From Candidatus Methylacidiphilales bacterium (GTDB taxonomy: Bacteria > Verrucomicrobiota > Verrucomicrobiia > Methylacidiphilales > JAAUTS01), in assembly GCA_028713655.1 (NCBI GenBank), contig JAQTNW010000010.1, positions 13,908 to 77,907 of the forward strand: 64,000 nucleotides of DNA. Reading direction: 5' to 3'. Both the position numbers and the translations under genes were made by a program. Shown piece by piece: positions 38,054-47,785 of this stretch (positions within the stretch are counted from its first letter, which is position 1; the number at the start of each line of letters is the position of its first letter). Below the pieces are notes generated by a model. The model saw only the letters and a program-made list of their open reading frames with translations, was not told the DNA's origin and made no database searches.

Positions 38054-39811
38054 ATGCCTCCCATGACTCGGTTCCTCTTAGCCGTATTCTTGCTTTTGAT
38101 GTCCGGTTTGGCCTCACAGGTCCTTTCCGAAACCTCGCCACAGGATCAATACCTGCAAATCTACCTTCTGATTCAAGAGGCTGAAAAACTGGAACTTGCA
38201 GGCCAAAAGGCCTCCGCTCGCGAACGCTACACCGTCAGCCAGGATCGCCTGGAGAAACTCCCGAAAGACTGGGAACCGACCATCGTCAATTACCGCATCC
38301 GTTATTGCAAAGATAAAATTGAAAAGCTGGCCGATGCCAAGGATGAAAATCCCAGCGACAACGTCCCGCCCATTCCGCCCGATCTGGGAACGACTCCGCC
38401 TGCCCAACCCGCTCCCGCCCCTGCTCAACCGGCGCCTGCGGCCTTGGCGCCCACAATTGAGACCCCTTCTTCCACCAATCCTTCCAATGCATCGGATGAC
38501 CCGGCCGTCCTGAAAAAACGCATCAACGATCTGGAAAGCCAACTCAGCGACACGAAAGAACGACTTGAACAGGCTCAACTCGAGGCAGCCACTCTCCGCA
38601 CCAAGGTGACCGAATTGGAAGCCGCCGTGAAGAGCGCCCGCGAAGGCACCCCGGATGAAAAAGTCACCGCCCTGATGGAAGAAAACAGGCAGTTGAAGGA
38701 AAAACTTGTTTCCGCTGAAACGCTGGCTTCCAACCTGCAGAACGGCAGTTCGCCAGAGTCGCTGACCACCATGCAGGAGCAGTTGAAAAAGATCCAGGAC
38801 CAGCTTGAACTTGCGAAGCAGGAAAACACGGCGCTTCGCCAGACCAGCGACGAATATAAGAAAAAGATGGAAGAGGCGCAGAAGAATCTGGACGATGCCA
38901 ACGCCAAGCTGGCCGCCATTCCAAAAGATAATCCGCTGCAGAAGGAAAATAGCGTCCTCCGCGATATCCTGAAACGCGAAATGGCCGAACAGACCCGCCG
39001 CGAAGTGGCCAAACGCATCGCCATGGAAGAGCTCGAAGGCCTGGCCATTGATTCGGAGAAACTCAAAACCCAGATCACCCTGCTCGGCTCACCGCTTATT
39101 CAACTCTCGCCCGAAGAAAAGGATCTGTTGAAAGAACCCGCCGCCGTAGCCCTCGAAACCGACAACAGCGGCAATTTTTCGATGAAAAAGGATGATCTCG
39201 GCGCAACGGACTATTCCACGCGCCCGAAAGTCCCGCCGGAGCTGAAGGACACCGCCAAGGAAGCCAACGATCTCTTCGCACAACAAAAATTTGATGATGC
39301 CGCGGCCAAATATCAGTCGATTTTGAATGCCTATCCCGATTCGCTGTATGCCCTGTCCAACCTGGGTGTGGTGCGTTTCCAACAGGGCAAATACGCGCTG
39401 GCAGAAGAATTTCTCCGCAAAGCGGTGAAACAGGCCCCGCAGGACGCCTTTTCGCATTCGATCCTGGGAATCGCCCTGTACCAACAGGGCAAATACGACG
39501 ACGCCGTGCAAATCCTGACCCGCGCCGTGGCCTTGGAACCGAACGATCCCAAGACGCACAATTACCTGGGCATTTCGGCCTCGCAAAAGGGCTGGCAGGA
39601 AGCCGCGGAACAGGAATGCCGCAAGGCGATTGAATTGGATCCCCAATATGGCGACGCCCATTTCAACCTGGCTGTAATCTATTCGACCCAACGCCCGCCC
39701 TCCCGCGAGCTCGCCCGCCGCCATTACGAACGGGCTCTGGAACTCGGCGTTCCGCGCGACCCGCAATTGGAGAAACTGGTTTACTCCAAGGAAAAACCCG
39801 AAAAGCCCTGA
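38054..39811 (+). CDS. Secreted TPR-repeat protein with a central coiled coil
   Basis: After a signal peptide come a Pro/Ala-rich linker (PAQPAPAPAQPAPAALAP) and a long coiled coil. Three to four C-terminal TPR units follow (YALSNLGVV..., HSILGIALYQQGKYDDA..., HNYLGIS..., HFNLAVIY). Confidence 0.65.
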   Translation: MPPMTRFLLAVFLLLMSGLASQVLSETSPQDQYLQIYLLIQEAEKLELAGQKASARERYTVSQDRLEKLPKDWEPTIVNYRIRYCKDKIEKLADAKDENPSDNVPPIPPDLGTTPPAQPAPAPAQPAPAALAPTIETPSSTNPSNASDDPAVLKKRINDLESQLSDTKERLEQAQLEAATLRTKVTELEAAVKSAREGTPDEKVTALMEENRQLKEKLVSAETLASNLQNGSSPESLTTMQEQLKKIQDQLELAKQENTALRQTSDEYKKKMEEAQKNLDDANAKLAAIPKDNPLQKENSVLRDILKREMAEQTRREVAKRIAMEELEGLAIDSEKLKTQITLLGSPLIQLSPEEKDLLKEPAAVALETDNSGNFSMKKDDLGATDYSTRPKVPPELKDTAKEANDLFAQQKFDDAAAKYQSILNAYPDSLYALSNLGVVRFQQGKYALAEEFLRKAVKQAPQDAFSHSILGIALYQQGKYDDAVQILTRAVALEPNDPKTHNYLGISASQKGWQEAAEQECRKAIELDPQYGDAHFNLAVIYSTQRPPSRELARRHYERALELGVPRDPQLEKLVYSKEKPEKP

Positions 39812-39865
39812 CAAGGGGAACAAACTATTGTTTACCCACGCGTCGGCGTCCTTTGTTTGAAAGAT

Positions 39866-39895
39866 CCCCCTGATAAGGGGGAAGAAAAGGGGGTT
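39866..39895. repeat. C5/G5 repeat family (ccccctgaNaagggggaagaaaagggggtt)
   Basis: Near-identical copies lie at 61002-61031 (same orientation) and 34659-34688 (reverse complement). The 39.9-kb and 61.0-kb copies stay similar for about 30 nt further. Confidence 0.85.
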
Positions 39896-39923
39896 TGTGT
39901 TCTCCGCAAGCAACACATTCCTC

Positions 39924-40096
39924 GCGCCAAGATCGCAAAGAAACGCCACGTGATGCAAAAACCACGTTTTCACACGAAGACGCTAAGAGATATCCGCGAG
40001 AGTCCGGCAGTTAAGAACCAAGAACAGTTTCCCTCTGTGGCTGTGTGGCTCCGTGAGAGAACCCGCCTTGCCTGGCGGGCTTTGCGATCTTGGCGC
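39924..40096. repeat. IR-bounded miniature unit (perfect 17-bp terminal inverted repeats)
   Basis: gcgccaagatcgcaaag (39924-39940) is the exact reverse complement of ctttgcgatcttggcgc (40080-40096). Confidence 0.85.
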
Positions 40097-40174
40097 AAAA
40101 CGGATTTCAGGATCTGTTCATGATTCAATCTTGCAACTGAACACTCGCTTGCAGCGCCGCAGGTCGTGACGGCC

Positions 40175-41905
40175 CTACTTCGGCGCAGGTGCGGGCGGAG
40201 CGTCCTGCCAGGTATCCGTCCGGAAGGGGGAAGCAGGCAGACCTTCCTTGTTGTACAGATCAACAGGCGGGGAATTTGCCCAACCGTAACGGACAGCCAC
40301 CGGCGCGGGAACTTGATCGCTCGTTACGACCACTTTGTCGCCATCAATCTCGGCCCTGGCCCAAAGCCAATTCTTGTCATCCCCGGCAATCGCAAAGCCG
40401 GTCAATTCAGCCGGTATCTTTTGGCTCCAGGGAGGCCCGCCAATTTTCAGGCCACCGCCGACATTCGTGAAACTGATGATGATCTTGTTGCCCTCAACCT
40501 TCATGGAATCGTAGATCGGGCCTGAATAAACCAGGTCCTGCCCATACGCAATATGCCTGGCCGCGAGCGCAAGGCGAAGGCCGACATCAAGTTTGTCCTT
40601 CGGATGAATGTCGGTTGTGTTTCCGATGTCGATGGTGACGGCCATGCCGGTATTGGGCAGAGCCAGTGTCTTGGTCTGCGCTTCACGCAGCCAGGGCCAT
40701 GTCCCTTCGCAAGGCAGCTTGGCCGGCGCCGTGAAATTTGCCAGTTGCACAAAGAGAAAGGGAAACTCGCCCTGGCTCCATTTCTCGCGCCAGTCGTTGA
40801 TCATCCGCGGGAAAAGAATGGCGTATTCTTCGCCGCTCTGCTTGCTTCCCGCGTTGGCTTCGCCCTGGTACCAAATGGCGCCCTTGATTGCGTAGGGCAC
40901 GAGAGGGGCGATCATGGCGTTGTATAGGTTGGTAGGCCCATACGCCCCGCCACCCGGGGCGACCGGCGGCTTCGGCGCCGGGCGTGAAGCAGCCGGCTTT
41001 GGCGGCTCTGGCTTGCTGTTGGCAGCGGCTTCAGCGGATTGTTTGGCCCAGGCCTCCATCTGAAGCTTCAGCGGATCGCCCACTTCCTGGTCCCACAATT
41101 TTTTCGCCTCCTCATATTCGGCCGCCTGCTTTAAAAAATCAGAGTACGCCTGCGGGAAGTTGACGGCATTTTTTTGGCAAGCTTCCACGTAATGCGCAAG
41201 CACGGCATCTTTTTGCAATCCATCCAAACTCGTCCAGGACTGTGCGGGAGTCCCGCCCCAGGATGTGCTGATCAAGCCGACGGGACGCCCGATTGAATGC
41301 TGGATCTCACGGCCAAAAAAGTAGGCAACGGCCGAAAAACCCTGCCAACTGCCATCCTTGGCCACGGTCTCCGGCGTACAAACCTGCCACTTGCCCAACA
41401 AACTGTCCGCGGGAACAGGACCGATATCCTTTTGTGGAGTCGCGTAGAAGGCCTTGGGTACGGTGAAAAGCCGCAGTTGCGGTTCATCGGCTTTGGCGAT
41501 GACATCAGGCTGTCCAAGATGAGCCAGGCCGAATTCCATGTTGGACTGGCCGGAAGCGATCCAAACATCGCCAACAAGAACATCCTGAAAAGTCAGGGTA
41601 TTGGCACCCGCAATCGTCAGAACCTGCGGCGCCGCCACTGTCCCGTTCGCAGGCAACGGCGCGAGATCGACACGCCAGTCGCCGTTGGCGTCGGCGGTGG
41701 CCGTTGCCGTCTGCGCGCCCAACGTGACTTTTACGTTTTCCCCCGGCGCAGCCCAACCCCAGACCGGAATTTTGGCTTCCTGCTGGAGCACCATGTGGTC
41801 CCCAAAGATCGCCGGCATTTTGACTTCCGCGGTTGTCGGCTGAAGATTCGCAAATAAAAAGACACTGCTGATTGATAAGAAAAGTTTGATAAAACGGGAG
41901 ATCAT
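40175..41905 (-). CDS. Sialate O-acetylesterase family (SGNH-like) protein
   Basis: After a signal peptide, GDVWIASGQSNMEF matches the GQSNM catalytic-Ser motif. The 576-aa product has beta-sandwich-like termini. Confidence 0.75.
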   Translation of the reverse strand: MISRFIKLFLSISSVFLFANLQPTTAEVKMPAIFGDHMVLQQEAKIPVWGWAAPGENVKVTLGAQTATATADANGDWRVDLAPLPANGTVAAPQVLTIAGANTLTFQDVLVGDVWIASGQSNMEFGLAHLGQPDVIAKADEPQLRLFTVPKAFYATPQKDIGPVPADSLLGKWQVCTPETVAKDGSWQGFSAVAYFFGREIQHSIGRPVGLISTSWGGTPAQSWTSLDGLQKDAVLAHYVEACQKNAVNFPQAYSDFLKQAAEYEEAKKLWDQEVGDPLKLQMEAWAKQSAEAAANSKPEPPKPAASRPAPKPPVAPGGGAYGPTNLYNAMIAPLVPYAIKGAIWYQGEANAGSKQSGEEYAILFPRMINDWREKWSQGEFPFLFVQLANFTAPAKLPCEGTWPWLREAQTKTLALPNTGMAVTIDIGNTTDIHPKDKLDVGLRLALAARHIAYGQDLVYSGPIYDSMKVEGNKIIISFTNVGGGLKIGGPPWSQKIPAELTGFAIAGDDKNWLWARAEIDGDKVVVTSDQVPAPVAVRYGWANSPPVDLYNKEGLPASPFRTDTWQDAPPAPAPK

Positions 41906-41938
41906 ATTTTTTGCGGGTGATTGTTGTAAAAGTTACAT

Positions 41939-43642
41939 CTACGCCGCCGCAAATGTCATCTGAAAAAGCGTGCCCTGGCCGAGCTTCGATTTGACCGAAA
42001 TCCTGCCCTGATGGTTTTCCACGGTCTTGTACACCAGCGCCAGCCCCAGACCCGTGCCGCCTTTTTTATGGCTGAGAAAAGGCTGGAACAATTCCTCCTG
42101 TCGTTTCCGGCTCATTCCCTCGCCCGTGTCGCGGACCCCCACCCCCACCATCCGCTGTTTGCCGGACCGGACATAGCGCGCGGACAACGTCAAAATGCCG
42201 CCCTCCGGCATTGCCTGGCATGCGTTGAGAACCAAATTCAGGATCGCCTGCTCCAATTGCGCGCGATCACCCCGGATGCGCAACGGCCCGGACGACATCT
42301 GCATTTTTATCTCGATCCTGCGTTCAGCCAATGTGTGGCGGATCAGGAGTGCGACATCCGCCAACAAACTTGTGGCGTCAATTTCCTCCATAGACGGCTC
42401 CGAAGACCTCGCAAACGTAAGAACCTGGTCCAGAATGCGGTTCATTTGTTTCATTTTGGTTTCAATCAAGGCCGCATCACGCGCGAGGCCTCCCTCCAGC
42501 TTCATCTCGCTCAGCATGGAATGAAACAGCATCTGCACAACGGTCAACGGATTCCGGATTTCATGGGCGATCTCCGCAGCCAGCCAGCCCAGCGCCGATA
42601 GCCGTTCCGAGGCGCGCAGGTCTTCCTCGACCTGCACCACACGCTCAAGCAAGCGGACCTTGGCAATGGCCACGGCAGACAATCCCGCCATGGCGCTCAA
42701 GAGCCGGATTTCCTCGTTGGAAAAACGGTGCAGTTGCTCGGTATAAACAGAAAGGACCCCAAGCGAGCGGCCCTCAAAAATCAGCGGAACCGAAAGCAGC
42801 GAGAACAGCCGTTCGCGCCGCGCCAGTTCCATGTGCTGAAAGCGCTCGTGCGCCTGCACGTTCAAAACCGTCAGGGGTTTCTGGCGCTTGACGACCACGC
42901 CTAACAATGATTCCGAAACCAGCAGGTTGGGCTTTCTGACGTAGGCCTTTGAAGCGCCTTCCCAGGCTTTCAAAACAAGTTCTTCCCCGTTTTCCGAAAG
43001 CAACATCAGCGAACACAGCCTGGCTTTCATCAGGCGGCAGGCATCCCTGGCAATGCTCTGGAGAACACTTTCCGGATGCTCCTCCGAAATGATGACCTGG
43101 CCCATGTCGACCAGGGTCTCCAGTTGCTCGCCCTTGACGCGGAGCTGGTTGATTTCCCAGGCCATGCGGATCCAGTCAGATGCGTCCCTTGCGAGCTGGA
43201 GCAACAGCTTCTCATGCTCCTGCGTAAAGGCGTCCCGACGTGTACTATCGACGTTGAGAATCCCGATCACCTGCCCCTTGAGATCCAGAGGGACGGCCAG
43301 CTCGGACTGGATCTTGGAATCCAATTCGACGTAACGCTTTTCCTCATGTACATTGCCCGTCCGATACGGCAGCCCCGTGCTGGCCACCCAGCCGGTAATA
43401 CCCTCTCCAATCCGCAATTTGGTGCGCTTTGCCATGGCGCTCAGTCCAACGGATGCCTCGATGTCCAGGGAACCGGTATTTGGATTCAACAGCATGAGTG
43501 AACCCCGGTCGGCTGAGACCAGTTTGACCGACATATCCAGCACCCGGCACAGCAGATTTTGCGGGTTAAGCAAAACTTCCAAATTCTTGTTGGGAAGCGC
43601 ATTTTTCATGTTTGCGACCCGATTCCTTATTCCTCGGTCCAA
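41939..43642 (-). CDS. Sensor histidine kinase with tandem GAF domains
   Basis: Two GAF-like regions are followed by the H-box AHEIRNPLT, an N-box LNLVLNACQA, and the G-boxes VRDTGEGM and GGTGLGLA. I see no TM helix. Confidence 0.8.
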   Translation of the reverse strand: MDRGIRNRVANMKNALPNKNLEVLLNPQNLLCRVLDMSVKLVSADRGSLMLLNPNTGSLDIEASVGLSAMAKRTKLRIGEGITGWVASTGLPYRTGNVHEEKRYVELDSKIQSELAVPLDLKGQVIGILNVDSTRRDAFTQEHEKLLLQLARDASDWIRMAWEINQLRVKGEQLETLVDMGQVIISEEHPESVLQSIARDACRLMKARLCSLMLLSENGEELVLKAWEGASKAYVRKPNLLVSESLLGVVVKRQKPLTVLNVQAHERFQHMELARRERLFSLLSVPLIFEGRSLGVLSVYTEQLHRFSNEEIRLLSAMAGLSAVAIAKVRLLERVVQVEEDLRASERLSALGWLAAEIAHEIRNPLTVVQMLFHSMLSEMKLEGGLARDAALIETKMKQMNRILDQVLTFARSSEPSMEEIDATSLLADVALLIRHTLAERRIEIKMQMSSGPLRIRGDRAQLEQAILNLVLNACQAMPEGGILTLSARYVRSGKQRMVGVGVRDTGEGMSRKRQEELFQPFLSHKKGGTGLGLALVYKTVENHQGRISVKSKLGQGTLFQMTFAAA

Positions 43643-46413
43643 AGGGCCCGTTTCACCGCCCGGAGGACATTTCGCTGCTGTTCCACGTCAATCAATTTCC
43701 GTCCGACCACATCGGTCAGGTAAAACGCATCCAGCGCGGCGCCTTTCTCCGTTGTGATCCGGGCGTTTGCAATGGAAACATGATTGTCCGCCAGCGCCTT
43801 CGATACCATGTACAACAATCCAATCCGGTCGGGCGCCACCAGATGCAGGAGCGTATATTGATCCGAGCTCTCATTGTCCATCCAGGCCGCGATCCGGACG
43901 ATCTCTTCGTCAAACAGGTAGTTCCTTCCACTGCCGCGCGTCCGAACAATTTCCCGCCCGATGTCATAATCGGAATCCGACAAAGCGCTGGAGAGAGCAT
44001 CCCGGAACATCCTCCGGTCATAATCATGGCTTACGGCCTCATGCTGCTCCGTGCAAACACGGAAGCGGTCGATCACGATGTGATCCTCCCTCGTCCAGAT
44101 ATCAGCGCTGAGAATGTTCAAGCCCGCCATCGAAAAGGCCCCGGCAATGGTCGAAAAAAGCCTGTCCCGGTCCCAGGTCACAATGGTCGTTTCCGAATGC
44201 GCTTCGGCCACACGGTCGCGCCAACTAATGACAGGCCGCAGGGGATCATTGTCCTCGCGCAGTTGTTGCAGGAAAAATTCGTGGACCAGCTTCAAATCCT
44301 CGACCACCCGCTGTTCTTCCGCCTCATTGAGATAACTCTCCGGCAGCGAAGAGAAATGGGCCTCGCATTCACCCGCATCGACTTCACCCTGCAGTTGCTT
44401 CAGCACCTGTCCGCGCAGAAGCTTCCGCTGCCGTTCCGCCTTGCGCAGGAATTCGTCCTCGCCCTGCAACATGTCCCGCGTCCGGCGGTACAACTGCCAC
44501 ACCAGCCCCTCTTTCCAGCCCGACCATGTGGAATCTCCAAGCCCCTGGACATCCGCAAACGTCACCAGCATCAACATATCAAGCCGCTGCGCGTCCTGAA
44601 CAAGGCGCGCAAATGATCGGATGGTCTGCGGGTCATCCAGATTCCGGCGTAACGCAAATTCCGTCAGGGTCATGTGATGGTCCACCAAAAAACTGATGAG
44701 CTGCAGCCGGCGGCCTTCCATCTTCATGCGCTTCGCGAAGCGGACCGCATACTGGGCGCTGACTTGGTGGTGGTCGCGCGAGTTGGCAGCTTTTCCCGTG
44801 TCGTGCAATATCAGAGCCAGATACAAAATGCCGGGATGCTCGCATTCCAGCAGCAGTTGCCGGTATTTCACATAAGGCTCGCGCTCCTCCTGCAACACCA
44901 TGTCCAATTGCTCGATGCAGCGGAGCGTGTGCTCATCGGCCGTGTAGCGGTGGTAAAATTCATGCTGCACCAGGCAGTCCAGCGGGCCGAATTCCGGGAT
45001 TAATTTGCCCAAAACCCCGCACTCATGCATGGCGCGCAGGATGCGTCCAACCTCCCCCTTGCGCCGGACGATGCTCGTCAGCATTTCGCGCACCTCGGGC
45101 AGCCAGAGAAAGCGCCGGTTCACCACGCCCAGCTTGCGCCGGATCGTGCTTTCCAGGTCGGAGCTGAGGCGCGCGCGCCGCTGCTGCATGATTTGAAACA
45201 CCTGCACCATGCGCAGCGGGTCTTCCGAGAAAACATTGCCGGATGCGGCGCGAAGCTCCCCGTGGGAAAGAACAAAACCGTTGATCACTTCCTCCCGTTT
45301 CATCCGTTTCGGGAGCATGCCCCAGAATAACGAGGGTTTTTTCTCCTGCCGTCCGGCAAGCCGCCGGGCCAGTGAGTCAGCGACCAGATAAATGTCGCGG
45401 CTGTGATGATAGTAATCCCGCATCAGCGCCTCCGTGCGGCGCAGGATTGTTTTTTGCGGATACTTGAGGCTGTCCGCCACTTCACCCTGCAAGCGCAGGG
45501 TCAGCGTGTCCCCCCCACGTTGTTGGAGATAATGAAGCGCGTTCCGGATTCGCAACAGAAAATCATAACCCAGATCGATGTCCTTCCGCTCGCTGGGGGT
45601 CAGCAACCCCTCCGCCTGCAGCCCAACCGTGGAATCAATGCCCCGCAACGCCTTTGAAAGCCAGATCAGGTTCTGGTAATCCCTCAGGCTGCCGCACCCG
45701 TTCTTGACGTTCGGCTCCTGCAAAAACACCGTGTTGCCGTATTTTTCATGCCGTTTGGCCTGGTCCTCCAGACGCCAAAGCGCATATTCCTGCTCCCGGC
45801 CTTTCACACAAACCCGGTCGAAACGGCGTAAAAATTCGGCAAATAAATCCTCCGGCCCGGCCAGTAATGTCGCTTCCAAATACGCCGTCCGCGTCTGCAA
45901 ATCCTCGCGCCCCTGCTGGATGGCCTCGTCGATCGTGCGGCTGGCATGCCCGACCTTCATCCCGATGTCCCACAACAAGTAAAGCACCTGTTGGATGGTG
46001 TCCTCGATGAAGCGCTTTTGAATCCCGTCCGAACCCGCGCACTCATATAAAAAAAGCACGTCAATGTCGCTGTAAGGAGCCAACTGGCCGCGCCCGAACC
46101 CGCCCGTCGCCACCATGTCCAGCCGCACTTCTCCCCGCTTCACGCTGTGCGATTTCTCCGCGTTTTCCAACGCCGCATTAAAGATGTGCCGCAACACCAC
46201 GCTGAATAAATTGGATCGCTTCTGTGCGCTCTCCAACCCGCTGTCTCCGGCTTTATGCGCCAGTTGGATCCGGTGTTCCTCGATCCTGAAAAAATTCCTG
46301 TAAAGATCCAGCAAATCGGTCGGGTTGCGCTCTGCTAGATTCAACAGTTTGCGCTCGGCATGCTTCAGCACCTTGTCCAAATGTCCGCCCATAAAAGATA
46401 TGTGTAAAATCAA
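43627..46413 (-). CDS. glnD: [Protein-PII] uridylyltransferase / uridylyl-removing enzyme
   Basis: The 928-aa product has the NTase motif GGFGRGQLAPYSDIDVLFL, the HD domain LALILHDTGKA, and two C-terminal ACT-like repeats. It overlaps the kinase gene by 16 nt. Confidence 0.85.
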   Translation of the reverse strand: MILHISFMGGHLDKVLKHAERKLLNLAERNPTDLLDLYRNFFRIEEHRIQLAHKAGDSGLESAQKRSNLFSVVLRHIFNAALENAEKSHSVKRGEVRLDMVATGGFGRGQLAPYSDIDVLFLYECAGSDGIQKRFIEDTIQQVLYLLWDIGMKVGHASRTIDEAIQQGREDLQTRTAYLEATLLAGPEDLFAEFLRRFDRVCVKGREQEYALWRLEDQAKRHEKYGNTVFLQEPNVKNGCGSLRDYQNLIWLSKALRGIDSTVGLQAEGLLTPSERKDIDLGYDFLLRIRNALHYLQQRGGDTLTLRLQGEVADSLKYPQKTILRRTEALMRDYYHHSRDIYLVADSLARRLAGRQEKKPSLFWGMLPKRMKREEVINGFVLSHGELRAASGNVFSEDPLRMVQVFQIMQQRRARLSSDLESTIRRKLGVVNRRFLWLPEVREMLTSIVRRKGEVGRILRAMHECGVLGKLIPEFGPLDCLVQHEFYHRYTADEHTLRCIEQLDMVLQEEREPYVKYRQLLLECEHPGILYLALILHDTGKAANSRDHHQVSAQYAVRFAKRMKMEGRRLQLISFLVDHHMTLTEFALRRNLDDPQTIRSFARLVQDAQRLDMLMLVTFADVQGLGDSTWSGWKEGLVWQLYRRTRDMLQGEDEFLRKAERQRKLLRGQVLKQLQGEVDAGECEAHFSSLPESYLNEAEEQRVVEDLKLVHEFFLQQLREDNDPLRPVISWRDRVAEAHSETTIVTWDRDRLFSTIAGAFSMAGLNILSADIWTREDHIVIDRFRVCTEQHEAVSHDYDRRMFRDALSSALSDSDYDIGREIVRTRGSGRNYLFDEEIVRIAAWMDNESSDQYTLLHLVAPDRIGLLYMVSKALADNHVSIANARITTEKGAALDAFYLTDVVGRKLIDVEQQRNVLRAVKRALWTEE

Positions 46414-46638
46414 GAGTAGCCGCCGGACCGGATCGAATCAACCGGCAATCTGAGCTTCCATTCAAGTTTTCCCGCCTTCGTGTGGAATCCTGGGGTAGAT
46501 CAGGATTGGGAGCAAGAGATGGAGTTTGAGTAGGAGTTGCGCCCTTTTTCTTAATTCATAATTCCGCATTCCTAATTCTGAGTTCTGCATTCATCATTTC
46601 CGGCTTGTTCCCAAACTCCAGCGCCGGATAATCCCTTC

Positions 46639-47388
46639 ATGCCGAAATTGGGCGTCAATATCGATCATGTGGCCACTCTCCGCCAGGCCCGCTACCGTGG
46701 AGCGGGCGCCGGACACCCATTGGCCGAACCCTCCCCCTTGCAGGCCGCCCTGGCCGCTCTGGAAGCCGGCGCTTATTCAATAACAGTTCACTTGCGTGAA
46801 GACAGGCGCCACATCCAGGAGCAGGATGTTCTGGATCTCAAAAAATCCATCCGCGCCCCGCTCAATCTCGAAATGGCGGTCAGCGAAGCCATGTCCGAAT
46901 TTGCCATCAAACTCAAACCCGCCGATGTCTGTCTGGTCCCTGAAAACCGCCGGGAAGTCACGACCGAGGGCGGTTTGAATGTGCGGGAACGGTTTGAAGC
47001 CGTGAAAGACACCGCCCATCAACTTGGCAAAGCCGGCATCACCGTCAGCCTTTTCATCGATCCCGAACTGGAACAGGTGCGCGCCTCGGGAAAAACCGGA
47101 GCGCCCTGCGTCGAACTCCACACCGGCGCTTATTCCAATGCCCTGGACAGCTCCGGCAAAAGCCGGGAACTGCAGCGTCTCAAAGAGGCTGCCGAATTGG
47201 CCCACAGCCTCGGCCTGCAGGTCAACGCCGGCCACGGGCTGAACTACAACAATCTCGCCTCTTTCCTGGCCACCCCCCACCTTGACACCCTTAACATCGG
47301 CCACGCCATTGTTTCGCGGGCCATTTTCACCGGAATGAACCAGGCGGTGCGCGACATGCTCGCCCTCTTGCGGAAACAACCTTCATGA
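46639..47388 (+). CDS. pdxJ: Pyridoxine 5'-phosphate synthase
   Basis: The 249-aa product contains LGVNIDHVATLRQAR, ITVHLREDRRHI and NAGHGLNY. Confidence 0.92.
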   Translation: MPKLGVNIDHVATLRQARYRGAGAGHPLAEPSPLQAALAALEAGAYSITVHLREDRRHIQEQDVLDLKKSIRAPLNLEMAVSEAMSEFAIKLKPADVCLVPENRREVTTEGGLNVRERFEAVKDTAHQLGKAGITVSLFIDPELEQVRASGKTGAPCVELHTGAYSNALDSSGKSRELQRLKEAAELAHSLGLQVNAGHGLNYNNLASFLATPHLDTLNIGHAIVSRAIFTGMNQAVRDMLALLRKQPS

Positions 47389-47780
47389 ACAGCTCAATTC
47401 TGGGCACGGGATTGGACCTCGTGGAATGCGAGCGCATCCGCCTCTCCATTGAAAAATTCGGGGACCGCTTTCTCAACAGGATTTTCCTCCCAGCGGAGCA
47501 GGCGTACGCCGGGCGGCACAAATTTCCCCACCGACATCTCGCCGCCCGGTTTGCCGCCAAGGAAGCCGCGAGCAAGGCATTCGGGACCGGCATCGGGGAA
47601 CAACTTGGCTGGAAAGACATTGAAATCCGGAACAAGGAGAGCGGCGAGCCCTACCTGGTCTTGCATAACAAGGGGTTGGAACTTTTAAATGCGCGCGGCG
47701 GCGCGGGCCTGCTCGTCAGCCTGACTCATACCGACCATTATGCGGCCGCCAGCGCCATCCTGCTCTCAAAGGACCCGTAA
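47385..47780 (+). CDS. acpS: Holo-[acyl-carrier-protein] synthase
   Basis: The product contains ILGTGLDLVECERI, FAAKEAASKA and SLTHTDHYAAA. An ATGA overlap links it to pdxJ. Confidence 0.88.
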   Translation: MNSSILGTGLDLVECERIRLSIEKFGDRFLNRIFLPAEQAYAGRHKFPHRHLAARFAAKEAASKAFGTGIGEQLGWKDIEIRNKESGEPYLVLHNKGLELLNARGGAGLLVSLTHTDHYAAASAILLSKDP

Positions 47781-47785
47781 AAATC

